This document shows, piece after piece, positions 1 to 8,208 of a stretch of 25,090 bases of DNA (positions within the stretch are counted from its first letter, which is position 1; each line of letters begins with the position of its first letter). A program made the position numbers and the translations under genes. The stretch is from an uncultured Candidatus Saccharibacteria bacterium (GTDB lineage: Bacteria > Patescibacteriota > Minisyncoccia > Minisyncoccales > Staskawiczbacteraceae): positions 1 to 25,090 of the forward strand of contig CAZDIG010000003.1 of assembly GCA_964505465.1 (NCBI GenBank), in the 5' to 3' direction. The notes beneath the pieces were generated by a model. It was not told where the DNA came from. It was given only the letters and a program-made list of their open reading frames with translations, and searched no databases.

Positions 1-114
1 CCGTTCCTCGTCTGAAGGACCGATTATTCTTGTTCCTTGTAAATAGGCATAAACGCCAACCACCGCTACCAGAATTATTAAAGCTATCAATAAAATGATT
101 TTTGTTGTTGGCAT
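1..114 (-). CDS. 5' part of a membrane-anchored or secreted protein (runs off the window)
   Basis: ATG at 114 gives MPTTKIILLIALIILVAVVGVYAYLQGTRIIGPSDEER, an N-terminal hydrophobic helix, open to the window edge. Confidence 0.7.
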   Translation of the reverse strand, partial: MPTTKIILLIALIILVAVVGVYAYLQGTRIIGPSDEER

Positions 115-359
115 ATATATAAAGTATTTTATCAGAAATTATTAAATTAATAAATCGACCTTTTTTATTTTTAATATTACTATTTATAAGCAATCTCAAC
201 ATACCTTGATATACCTTGCATAAAAAATTATTGGGTCGTCCCAAAGATTTCCTCTATAATCATTATTTAATCACTATATCTCCGCTAATCATATCCCAAT
301 TTGTAGAATTAATTGAGTTTAAAGAAGCTATCTGGGTGGTAATTTCTTCTCCGGTAATG

Positions 360-689
360 CTAAAAAGTAAGAGAAATCCAACCAATATTCTCTCCCCAGG
401 CATATCCAGAAAAGTTGCCTTTAGAATCAATGGCTACTTGGCTATGGGTTGGATTGAAGTTGAGCCATCCTCCGTTTTCTGACCAGGCGTAACCGGATAG
501 ATTTCCTTCTCCGTCATTGGCGACCTTGTAATTATTATCACCGCAAGTATTGGTGTTTGAGCAATTCAGGGAAATCCAACCGATGTTTTCTCCCCAGACG
601 TAACCTGTTAACTCCGTGTCAGCAATCCCAACATTACCGTCAGCGGAGCCAAAATTCAACCATCCTCCATTTTCTGACCAGGCGTATAC
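360..689 (-). repeat. Tandem duplication (195-bp period) encoding YAWSENGGWLNF...GY(V/A)WGENIGWISL twice
   Basis: 27-nt segments 465-491 and 660-686 differ at one position. The protein units are evident in the translation. Confidence 0.85.
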
Positions 690-3600
690 TCTAATACTAA
701 CCGCATCCGATTTTTTGGTATCTGTATTTCCATAGTTATCTTTACCCGTAACGATGCATTTCCATTGCTCATTTAAAGACAGTTTTTCAGATTCAATATT
801 ACCCTGAAATGAGGTTGAGGCGGGCATTCCATTTTCTACGGGAATATCGGTTTCATCATCTTCTATCCAGTAAATCCAACTTTCTCCTCCGTCCACGCTT
901 TTCTCCCAGGTAACATCAGCTGTTAAAACATCTCCTTCATCCGGGTCATAAATCGTAAAGTTACAAATTAAAGTGTCGTCTGTGGCGGGCTCAAGCGGGG
1001 TAATATGGGTCTCGTCAACCGTCGTGGAAATCTCGGTAATATTTATTGTGGCAGTTTTTTCGGATGGTAAAAGATCTTTCTGCACATCGCCCAGATAAGA
1101 GGCTTTTAAGTTGTGATTCCCTATTGACGCTGTAAGCGGTATTGAATAATTGATTTGGGCGACTCCCGAAGAGTTAGTGATAGCGGAACCGATAGCCACA
1201 TTGTCGGTTTCGTCCTTAAAGGAGATGGTTTCTTCAGCGATGGGTGTTCCGGATTCATACTTTAAGGTGGCGGAGAGGGAGACTTCACTTCCTGCGGTGG
1301 CGGAGGCGGGAGCGGTGAAGGGATCAATCTGGGTGGGAATCTCGGTAATATTTATTGTGGCAGTTTTTTCGGATGGTAAAAGATCTTTCTGCACATCGCC
1401 CAGATAAGAGGCTTTTAAGTTGTGATTCCCTATTGATGTTGTAAGCGGTATTGAATAGTTGATTGTCGCCACCCCGGAAGCATTGGTGACAGCGGAGCCA
1501 ATATTGGTACCGGAGGTCTCGTCCCTGAAAGAGATGGTTTCGCCGGAGATGGGATTACCAGAGGATTCATATTTGAGGGTGGCGGAAAGGGAGACAGTAC
1601 TGTTTACCGTGGCCTGGGCTGGAGCAGTGAAGGGATCTATTTTGGTGGGGTTTCCTTTAGTAGAGATTTCCACACAGATTGTATAATTATTAGTCTTTAC
1701 GCAGTTTCCAAAACTAGTCACGATCATCGTCGTCGTCTTATCTGAAGCTAAGGTGGATTTCTGGGCGTTGCCCGCATAGCTCGCTTTTAAAGTGTGGCTG
1801 CCTACAATAGCACCAAGCCCTATCGTATAATTTATCGTAGCTACACCCGAAGTATTAGTAATAGCGGAGCCGATAGCAACATTGTCGGTCTCGTCCCTGA
1901 AAGAGATGGTCTCGCCGGAGATGGGCGTACCTGATTCATACTTGAGGGTGGCAGAAAGGGAAACCTGGCTCCCTGCAGTTGCGGAGGCCGGAGCGGTGAA
2001 GGGATTAATCTCAGTGTTACCGCCGAGTGAAGCAGAAATATCTACACAGAGAGTAGAACCATTATAAGTATTACAATCCCCTATACTAGTTACGTTCATC
2101 GTGGCTGTCTTTTCCGACGCTAAAGTAGCTTTCTGGGTGTTGCCTGCGTAGGAAGCTTTTAAGGTGTGGTTGCCTACGGTGGCGCCCAGGGAGATTTTGT
2201 AGTTGATGGTGGCTATTCCGGAAGCATTGGTGACAGCGGAGCCAATATTGGTACCGGAGGTCTCGTCCCTGAAAGAGATGGTCTCGCCGGAGATGGGCGT
2301 ACCTGATTCATACTTTAAGGTGGCGGAGAGAGAGACTGAACTTCCTGCGGTGGCGGAGGAAGGAGCGGTGAAGGGATCAATTTGGGTGGGAATCTTAGTG
2401 ACATTCATTGCCGCAGTCTTTTCAGAGGGTAAGAGATCTTGTTGGACATTACCTAAATAAGAAACTTTTAATGTGTGACTGCCGATAGTTGCAGTAAGAG
2501 GTATTGAATAGTTGATTGTCGCCGCTCCCGAGGCATTGGTGGTGGCGGAGCCAATAGTAATATTGTCGGTTTCGTCTCGGAAGGAAACGGTCTCTCCAAT
2601 AATGGGCAATCCTGATTCATCATATTTGAGGGTGGCAGAAAGAGACACGGTGGTGCCGGCTTGGGTTTCAGAAGGAACGGTGAAGGGGTTAATTTGGGTG
2701 GCGTCACCGCTAATATCTACTGTCGCTGTTTTTTCAGAGGGCAGTGTGGATTTTGGAAAACTACCCAGATAATTTGCTTTTAAGGTGTGGGTTCCAATGG
2801 AAGCACCAAAAGAAACTTGGTAGTTTATCGTTGCTACTCCTGAGGAGTTGGTGGTGGCGGAGCCAATGGTGATGTTGTCGGTTTCATCTCGGAAGGAGAT
2901 GGTTTCTCCAGAGATAGGCGTACCCGAGTCATACTTTAAGGTAGCGGAGAGGGAAACCTGGCTTCCTGCGGTGGCGGAGGAAGGAACGGTGAAGGGATCA
3001 ATTTGAGTGGAAATTTGAGTTACATTTATTGTGGCTGTTTTATCAGAAGGCAAGAGGGACTTTTGTGGATTACCCATATAGCTTGCTTTTAAGACGTGGT
3101 CCCCTATTATTGTCCCAAGAGGAATTGAGTAGTTAATAGTTGCTACCCCCGAGGAGTTGGTGATGGCGCTGTAAGTTGTACCACCATAGTTATACAAATC
3201 TGAAATTTCTGTTTGAGTTAGGGCTCGGTTGTAGATACGAACTTCGTCAAGAAAACCGTTGAGAGGGTCCCAACTCCCGGGTCTTCGTGCAAAAACCACA
3301 CTAGCCGTACTGGCTGGTAAAATTCCGGAGGCCGTATCCGATGCCACTAAAGTGTCACCAACATATCCTTTTCGTCCAACCCCGTTTTTATAAGTTACTG
3401 TTATCATTCTCCATGTATTTAAAGCCGATGGTATATCAAAATCTAATGACCAAGTAGTTAAACTTTCGTTACTCCAGTGTATTCTTGTGGTTGACCCCGG
3501 GTAAAAACCAAACCACCAAGCTCTTGGACTATCTCCTTTGTGAGATATTGGAGCCCAGTTAGCTTTAGCAACATTAAGTTTAACCCAAGCTGTAATAGTA

Positions 3601-4760
3601 ATTTCACTAGACGGATTAAGAGAAAAATTATTGGGTACTTCAATATAATCGTCCGACCCGTCAAAACTCAAAGCTTTATTAAACTTTCCATCAACCCAGG
3701 TGGGCGCATTAGATGGACAACTTGGTTTTAGAGTTCCGTGGTTAGCGTTTACACTTTGATCGTTGGCCTGACATCCTTCGCCTTCATTTAAGGGCCAGCT
3801 TCCTACTATTGACGAATCTCCAACTGTTCCTCCAGCAGTAGTATCGGTAAAAAATATTGTTTCATTGGCTATTGGAGTTCCGTTTTCATACTTTAAGGTG
3901 GCGGAGAGAGGAATTTGGCTTCCCGCGACGGCCGAGGCGGGAGCGGTAAAGGGATCAATTTTAGTAGCATCTCCTAAAGCTGTTATATCTACACAAACGA
4001 TATATCCTTCTGGGGTTATGTCGCAGTTAATAGCGGATGTCCTGATTATGATATTGTCATAACAATAAGAGCTTTGGTCGTTGTTATCCATCAACTCTAC
4101 CCAAACCTCTTGGGGTCCTTCAAAAGGGAAAATCCAAGACTTGGTTTTAGATGTAGCGTCCCAGTCGCCTAAAGACACATCCCAATCAAACCAATCTGTC
4201 CACATTCTGGTTAAAAACCCGTCCTGGGAATCGTCGCTGGCGAAGCGGACTTTGACGATTCCTCTGTCATCGGAAGACGCACCCACGCTAATAGAGATTA
4301 TTTCACCCTCGTAGGCAAAATGGGGAACGTTAATTAAACAATTTGGTGGCCTGTCTCCGCCAATTGTAAAACTACCGACGTCAGTTAAATCCCGCCGGAA
4401 ACCTATTTTATCTACAGCAAAAATATCTACAGTATAAATACCGTCGGAATAGCCGGCGGTTGAAAGTATCCCGCCGTATAGATTATCGCCCGTTCCGCCA
4501 TCTTCATGAGCTCCGTCGTCATATAATACCACCCTCTCTAATTCTTTTTTCTGCGAATCTCTTATTATTGCCACCACAGTATGGATTCCAGAAACATCGG
4601 TGGCCACAGCAGTAATTCTTACCATCTCGCCTATTTGGGAAATATTTATATTCGTTATATCCGGCTCCGGATAGGGCGCAATTTCAAAACTCGGCCCTTG
4701 AGAAAAAACAGGTCCGGCGACGAGAAAAGATAATAAAATATATAAAAGATATTTTTTCAC
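360..4760 (-). CDS. 1466-aa secreted surface protein / putative pilus-associated adhesin (signal peptide, Ig-like domains, LamG domain, 7 Ig-like repeats, C-terminal GYAWSEN-type repeats)
   Basis: GTG start and signal peptide MKKYLLYILLSFLVAGPVFS. LamG/concanavalin motifs WPLNEG, ALSFDGSDDY, ITITAWVK, LDEVRIYNRALT. Seven ~103-aa T/S/G-rich repeats. Last gene of the minor-pilin operon. The ORF is solid; the function is inferred. Confidence 0.85.
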   Translation of the reverse strand: MKKYLLYILLSFLVAGPVFSQGPSFEIAPYPEPDITNINISQIGEMVRITAVATDVSGIHTVVAIIRDSQKKELERVVLYDDGAHEDGGTGDNLYGGILSTAGYSDGIYTVDIFAVDKIGFRRDLTDVGSFTIGGDRPPNCLINVPHFAYEGEIISISVGASSDDRGIVKVRFASDDSQDGFLTRMWTDWFDWDVSLGDWDATSKTKSWIFPFEGPQEVWVELMDNNDQSSYCYDNIIIRTSAINCDITPEGYIVCVDITALGDATKIDPFTAPASAVAGSQIPLSATLKYENGTPIANETIFFTDTTAGGTVGDSSIVGSWPLNEGEGCQANDQSVNANHGTLKPSCPSNAPTWVDGKFNKALSFDGSDDYIEVPNNFSLNPSSEITITAWVKLNVAKANWAPISHKGDSPRAWWFGFYPGSTTRIHWSNESLTTWSLDFDIPSALNTWRMITVTYKNGVGRKGYVGDTLVASDTASGILPASTASVVFARRPGSWDPLNGFLDEVRIYNRALTQTEISDLYNYGGTTYSAITNSSGVATINYSIPLGTIIGDHVLKASYMGNPQKSLLPSDKTATINVTQISTQIDPFTVPSSATAGSQVSLSATLKYDSGTPISGETISFRDETDNITIGSATTNSSGVATINYQVSFGASIGTHTLKANYLGSFPKSTLPSEKTATVDISGDATQINPFTVPSETQAGTTVSLSATLKYDESGLPIIGETVSFRDETDNITIGSATTNASGAATINYSIPLTATIGSHTLKVSYLGNVQQDLLPSEKTAAMNVTKIPTQIDPFTAPSSATAGSSVSLSATLKYESGTPISGETISFRDETSGTNIGSAVTNASGIATINYKISLGATVGNHTLKASYAGNTQKATLASEKTATMNVTSIGDCNTYNGSTLCVDISASLGGNTEINPFTAPASATAGSQVSLSATLKYESGTPISGETISFRDETDNVAIGSAITNTSGVATINYTIGLGAIVGSHTLKASYAGNAQKSTLASDKTTTMIVTSFGNCVKTNNYTICVEISTKGNPTKIDPFTAPAQATVNSTVSLSATLKYESSGNPISGETISFRDETSGTNIGSAVTNASGVATINYSIPLTTSIGNHNLKASYLGDVQKDLLPSEKTATINITEIPTQIDPFTAPASATAGSEVSLSATLKYESGTPIAEETISFKDETDNVAIGSAITNSSGVAQINYSIPLTASIGNHNLKASYLGDVQKDLLPSEKTATINITEISTTVDETHITPLEPATDDTLICNFTIYDPDEGDVLTADVTWEKSVDGGESWIYWIEDDETDIPVENGMPASTSFQGNIESEKLSLNEQWKCIVTGKDNYGNTDTKKSDAVSIRVYAWSENGGWLNFGSADGNVGIADTELTGYVWGENIGWISLNCSNTNTCGDNNYKVANDGEGNLSGYAWSENGGWLNFNPTHSQVAIDSKGNFSGYAWGENIGWISLTF
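1032..3971 (-). repeat. Seven intragenic Ig-like repeats of 309-312 bp (R7 1032-1340, R6 1341-1652, R5 ~1713-2021, R4 2085-2393, R3 2394-2705, R2 2706-3014, R1 split 3015-3170 + 3837-3971)
   Basis: Recurring consensus TxI(D/N)PFT(A/V)P..A.AG..VSLSATLKY.SG.PI.GETISF.DET...IGSA.TN.SG.A.INY.I......G.H.LKA.Y.G......L.S.KTA..N.T. A 99-bp exact DNA identity links 1029-1127 and 1338-1436. Confidence 0.92.
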
Positions 4761-4786
4761 AACCTTATTTTATTTTACCATAAATT

Positions 4787-5608
4787 TTATACGTTTTCTC
4801 TCTCGGTGCAATTTGCTAAGGTATCACAAGCCGTAATGTCTGCATAATAAACTCCTTCGGGCCCTGTCCAGATTCCGATATAAGTACCCTGAAATTCGTT
4901 ACCGCTATAGAGGACCATAGGAATGTTATCAATGGTGTTTTCATCCGGGTTTTGGATTTCGGCAATAACACTCGCTGGATCTACCCCATCGGCGTCGGAG
5001 ATATCCGCTAAAATAGTAATTTCTACACCAAGAGGCGTGGAACGGGGAACCGCCGAGGTATTATAAATGGAGGGGCCTTCTGAAGGCGGTATCCATTCTT
5101 TTCCAAAAGAAACTTCAATTGCTCTAGAGAAAGAGCTTGCTGTTTTTGTATAGTTTCCGAAAGACTTAATTACAGTTGCCGAAATATTGCCGGGAGCCCC
5201 TTGTACCGTCGTCTTAATTGAGGCGTTTACGTCGTATCTTTTATCGCCAAAGATCGAATAAAAACTTATATCGCAATCTATGCAACTAACTAAGTCGCAG
5301 CCACCCTCAACCAACTCCGCACACTGAATTCCTTGGCAATTCGGGCAAACGCTTGGATAGTGGCAAAGCATACAAAACCCTCTAGTCCCTTCCATCGGAA
5401 TTGATTTTCGGTCTATATATAGGGCATTTTCAATCCCGCTATCTGCCGCATAAATAGACACAACCGAATTTCCTATTTCCCTGGCAATTTTTATTTCGCT
5501 GGTCAGAATTAAACTTATTCCTATAACAATTGAAAGAATGGTTGCTGTGATAACAATCGTAAGATAAATGGAAATGCCCTTTTGCGAATTTTTAAAATGT
5601 TTTTTCAT
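4787..5608 (-). CDS. PilX/GspK-like minor pilin with Cys-rich insert and C-terminal Ig-like domain
   Basis: KG|ISIYLTIVI cleavage site without Glu5, hydrophobic helix and SIYAADSGIENALY (PilX N-terminal signature). Fourth of the minor pilins. Confidence 0.8.
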   Translation of the reverse strand: MKKHFKNSQKGISIYLTIVITATILSIVIGISLILTSEIKIAREIGNSVVSIYAADSGIENALYIDRKSIPMEGTRGFCMLCHYPSVCPNCQGIQCAELVEGGCDLVSCIDCDISFYSIFGDKRYDVNASIKTTVQGAPGNISATVIKSFGNYTKTASSFSRAIEVSFGKEWIPPSEGPSIYNTSAVPRSTPLGVEITILADISDADGVDPASVIAEIQNPDENTIDNIPMVLYSGNEFQGTYIGIWTGPEGVYYADITACDTLANCTERENV

Positions 5609-6140
5609 CTATGTTTCTTTGAGAAATTGATGTTTGTATCTGCATTTTTGGCTGATTTCCAGCTCCTTTCACTTGAACTTCTAAAAAAATTGTCACTCGG
5701 GGTTGAAAGGTGTCGTTTTCGGATTCTCCGGAAAGCTTGAATTTAAGTTGGTTGATCTGAAGTTTTTCAGAAGTAATCGGAACGGAAAGACCTCCATTTT
5801 TTATTTCTTTTATTTGCTTATCGCCTTCGTCAAATAAAAATTCCTGGCAGGCATCGTTTTCCGTCTCGTTGATAAATTTTACCCTAGAAACATCTCCGCC
5901 GGGGTTTTCATAGTTTAAACCGGCTGAGATACAAATAGCATTAGTGTCTTTCTTCGCCATTCTTAATGCCCTGCTCATATACTCTAAAACGTAGCTTGTT
6001 TGGTTTAAAAGCTCTTGTTTGGCAAAGGTGTTTCTCTGGGTGCGGACAATATAAACAAAAATACCGGTGATGACAGAAATGATGATTGAAAATATGGCAA
6101 CACTTACCAGAACCTCAACTAAAGTAAAACCTTTTTTCAT
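5592..6140 (-). CDS. PilW/GspJ-like minor pilin
   Basis: MKKG|FTLVEVLVSVAIFSII type IV N-methylation motif. Overlaps the next gene by 17 nt. Confidence 0.85.
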   Translation of the reverse strand: MKKGFTLVEVLVSVAIFSIIISVITGIFVYIVRTQRNTFAKQELLNQTSYVLEYMSRALRMAKKDTNAICISAGLNYENPGGDVSRVKFINETENDACQEFLFDEGDKQIKEIKNGGLSVPITSEKLQINQLKFKLSGESENDTFQPRVTIFLEVQVKGAGNQPKMQIQTSISQRNIDEKTF

Positions 6141-6149
6141 AAATAGAAA

Positions 6150-6674
6150 TTAGTACCAGTTGTATAAATATTCTTCGGCTTCAAATAAAAATGACTTTCC
6201 TTTTTCCTCCCAGTTTATATAAACGGTAACCTGCGCTTTGTCGTCTTCTAATTTTGTGATGTAGATTTGCCTTTTATATTTGGTGGAGACGCCAGCAGAA
6301 TAGCTGTAAAAATTATTATCATCAACATTCAAATAACTACCGGTGTATGATCTTAGGGGAGTTTCTTCTTCGGCTGTTCCCGATTTATAATCGGCCTCAC
6401 AGCCGACAGAGCAGAAAGTAAGTCCAGTATCCCAATCTTCTTCCTCTAACCAGTTTGTGTCCCTAATATTTCTTATTATTTCAATTCCTTCTTGCGCCAA
6501 GTAAACCGCGATTAAGCGAGATGGAATAAAGGGGGCATAAAAAACAATTTTAAAAACAGCCGAGGATACACCAATAATCCCGACAATTAAAATAAAAATC
6601 GCAATTATCATTTCAATAAAACTGAATCCTTTATTTTTAGAAATTGTTGAAAACATTAAATTGACTAAATTCAC
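6150..6674 (-). CDS. PilV/GspI-like minor pilin (start may instead be the ATG at 6656)
   Basis: KG|FSFIEMIIAIFIL motif and AVYLAQEGIEIIRNIRD. The GTG start overlaps the upstream TGA (GTGA). Confidence 0.82.
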   Translation of the reverse strand: MNLVNLMFSTISKNKGFSFIEMIIAIFILIVGIIGVSSAVFKIVFYAPFIPSRLIAVYLAQEGIEIIRNIRDTNWLEEEDWDTGLTFCSVGCEADYKSGTAEEETPLRSYTGSYLNVDDNNFYSYSAGVSTKYKRQIYITKLEDDKAQVTVYINWEEKGKSFLFEAEEYLYNWY

Positions 6675-7237
6675 TCTATTTCTATCAAACCGCTGGTATT
6701 TATTTTAACGGTTTTTGTTTTTGTGTTGTCACCTTTTAAACAAATTATCACCCGGCCCTCAAACGAACCATCTATTGTTACTGTCGGACTCGGCGGCGTA
6801 AAAACAACACTAAAAGGATCTGGGACCAACCGACAGTATATCAATTCCTTTTCAAGGTATATATTTTTATATACCCTTTCTTTGCCGGGTTGAGATATAT
6901 CTACATCTCCCGGCGTATAATCATGGGAATTGTCGCAATCTGGAAATCTGATGTAAAAATAACCTTTTTCGTCGTAATAATTTTGATTGAAATCCATGCC
7001 AAAACCCTTTGCCACCCCGCCGCCCTCGCAGATAATCTGTTCGGTTGCCGTTGCTTTCACTTGGACTTCTTTTAAATCCTGGCTTAATTTATGAGCCGCC
7101 TTCTGAAGGGTTACCTGTTGCCTTTGTTTTGGGATAGAAACAGCAATGATGGTTGTGAATATGGCAATAATCGAAGTGACAACCAAAACCTCAATAAGGG
7201 TGAAACCGTCTTTCAATAAACGTTGGGAATGCGTCAT
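6671..7237 (-). CDS. FimT/FimU/GspH-like minor pilin
   Basis: DG|FTLIEVLVVTSII motif, helix LQKAAHKLSQDLKEVQ and C-terminal VKINTSGLIE. Confidence 0.82.
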   Translation of the reverse strand: MTHSQRLLKDGFTLIEVLVVTSIIAIFTTIIAVSIPKQRQQVTLQKAAHKLSQDLKEVQVKATATEQIICEGGGVAKGFGMDFNQNYYDEKGYFYIRFPDCDNSHDYTPGDVDISQPGKERVYKNIYLEKELIYCRLVPDPFSVVFTPPSPTVTIDGSFEGRVIICLKGDNTKTKTVKINTSGLIEIE

Positions 7238-7257
7238 AGATAATATTGATAACCAAA

Positions 7258-8052
7258 TTACTTAAGAAAACCAAGGTACCAATTAACCAGATTGCTTCCA
7301 AAGAATAGGGCTAGAAATGTCCCTGTAACTAAAAATGGTCCAAATGGTATTTCGCTTTTTAAGCCTTTTTTCTTTAAAATAATTAATCCTACTCCTATTA
7401 TAGCACCGATAAAATAAGCTAAAAATAGGGCTACTAGAATTTCCGGAAATCCCAGAAAAAGGCCCATAAAGATTGCTAATTTTACATCGCCGAAACCCAG
7501 CCATCGCCCCCGCGAAAACAAAAACAAGCTTAACAAGAATAAGCTGGATATGGCCGCCGCAATGATTCCGTCAACAGAATTATTTAGTTGCACGAGCTTT
7601 AAATTTTGGCTCGTGGCGTCTAAGAATAAATTATAGAATAATGCAATTACAATCGCGGGATATGTAATTTTGTCGGGAATAATATAGTGTTTTGAATCGT
7701 AAGCGAAAATAATAATAAGAAAACAAGAAAAGATGGATAAAAAGAAAAGGTTTAAGAGATTATATGGATTTGAAAATGAGAAATAAAACTTAAAAAGCGA
7801 AAAAAATATTATTCCTGTAGTCAATTCTATTAATGGATATTGAATAGAAATTTTTTCTTTGCAGTACCGGCATTTTCCTTTTAGTATCAAAAAGCTAAAA
7901 AGAGGAACTAAATCGTAAAAAGCCAATTTGTGCTTGCATTTTGGACAATAAGACCGGCCCCTTAAAAAGGATTCATTATAAGGAAGCCGGTAAATAATAC
8001 AGTTTAAAAAACTTCCAACAAAAAGTCCGATTATAAATATTATTAAACCCAT
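7258..8052 (-). CDS. pilD: Prepilin peptidase / N-methyltransferase (A24)
   Basis: GSFLNCIIYR, RSYCPKC, LKGKCRYC zinc motifs, AYDSKHYIIPD, GFGDVKL, IPFGPFL and multiple TM segments. ATG at 8052 preferred over the TTG at 8055. Confidence 0.95.
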   Translation of the reverse strand: MGLIIFIIGLFVGSFLNCIIYRLPYNESFLRGRSYCPKCKHKLAFYDLVPLFSFLILKGKCRYCKEKISIQYPLIELTTGIIFFSLFKFYFSFSNPYNLLNLFFLSIFSCFLIIIFAYDSKHYIIPDKITYPAIVIALFYNLFLDATSQNLKLVQLNNSVDGIIAAAISSLFLLSLFLFSRGRWLGFGDVKLAIFMGLFLGFPEILVALFLAYFIGAIIGVGLIILKKKGLKSEIPFGPFLVTGTFLALFFGSNLVNWYLGFLK

Positions 8053-8109
8053 CAATTTTGAATTTTACCGAAGCATATAAATTGTTATGTGCTCGGTTTA
8101 TATTCTTTT

Positions 8110-8137
8110 ATTTTACAATACCTGCAACCTAAAGCAA
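8110..8137 (-). promoter_or_regulatory. Putative sigma70 promoter for the pilD-minor pilin-adhesin operon
   Basis: TTGCTT-N16-TAAAAT on the minus strand, just downstream of the pilA terminator. Confidence 0.5.
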
Positions 8138-8147
8138 AATTCCAAAT

Positions 8148-8185
8148 AAAACAAACTCCGTATTTTAAAATACGGAGTTTGTTTT
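8148..8185. terminator. Perfect 38-bp palindrome, intrinsic terminator after pilA
   Basis: AAAACAAACTCCGTATTTT/AAAATACGGAGTTTGTTTT, 23 nt past the pilA stop, with T-tracts on both strands. Confidence 0.8.
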
Positions 8186-8208
8186 TACGAAATAATTTTA
8201 TCTACACT

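Noticed and set aside
216-482. Plus-strand 88-aa ORF and the remaining short antisense ORFs in the track
   Set aside because: They lie opposite well-supported genes and have no recognisable motifs or translation signals.
360-1436. Possible diversity-generating retroelement VR/TR pair (DGRs are common in CPR)
   Set aside because: The repeats are intragenic, mismatches are mostly synonymous T/C rather than adenine-specific, and no reverse transcriptase is in the window.
1150-4314. Series of plus-strand ORFs with recurring sequence (e.g. VSSLKEMVSPEMG) over the adhesin
   Set aside because: They are antisense shadows of the Ig repeats and recur only because the sense-strand repeats do.
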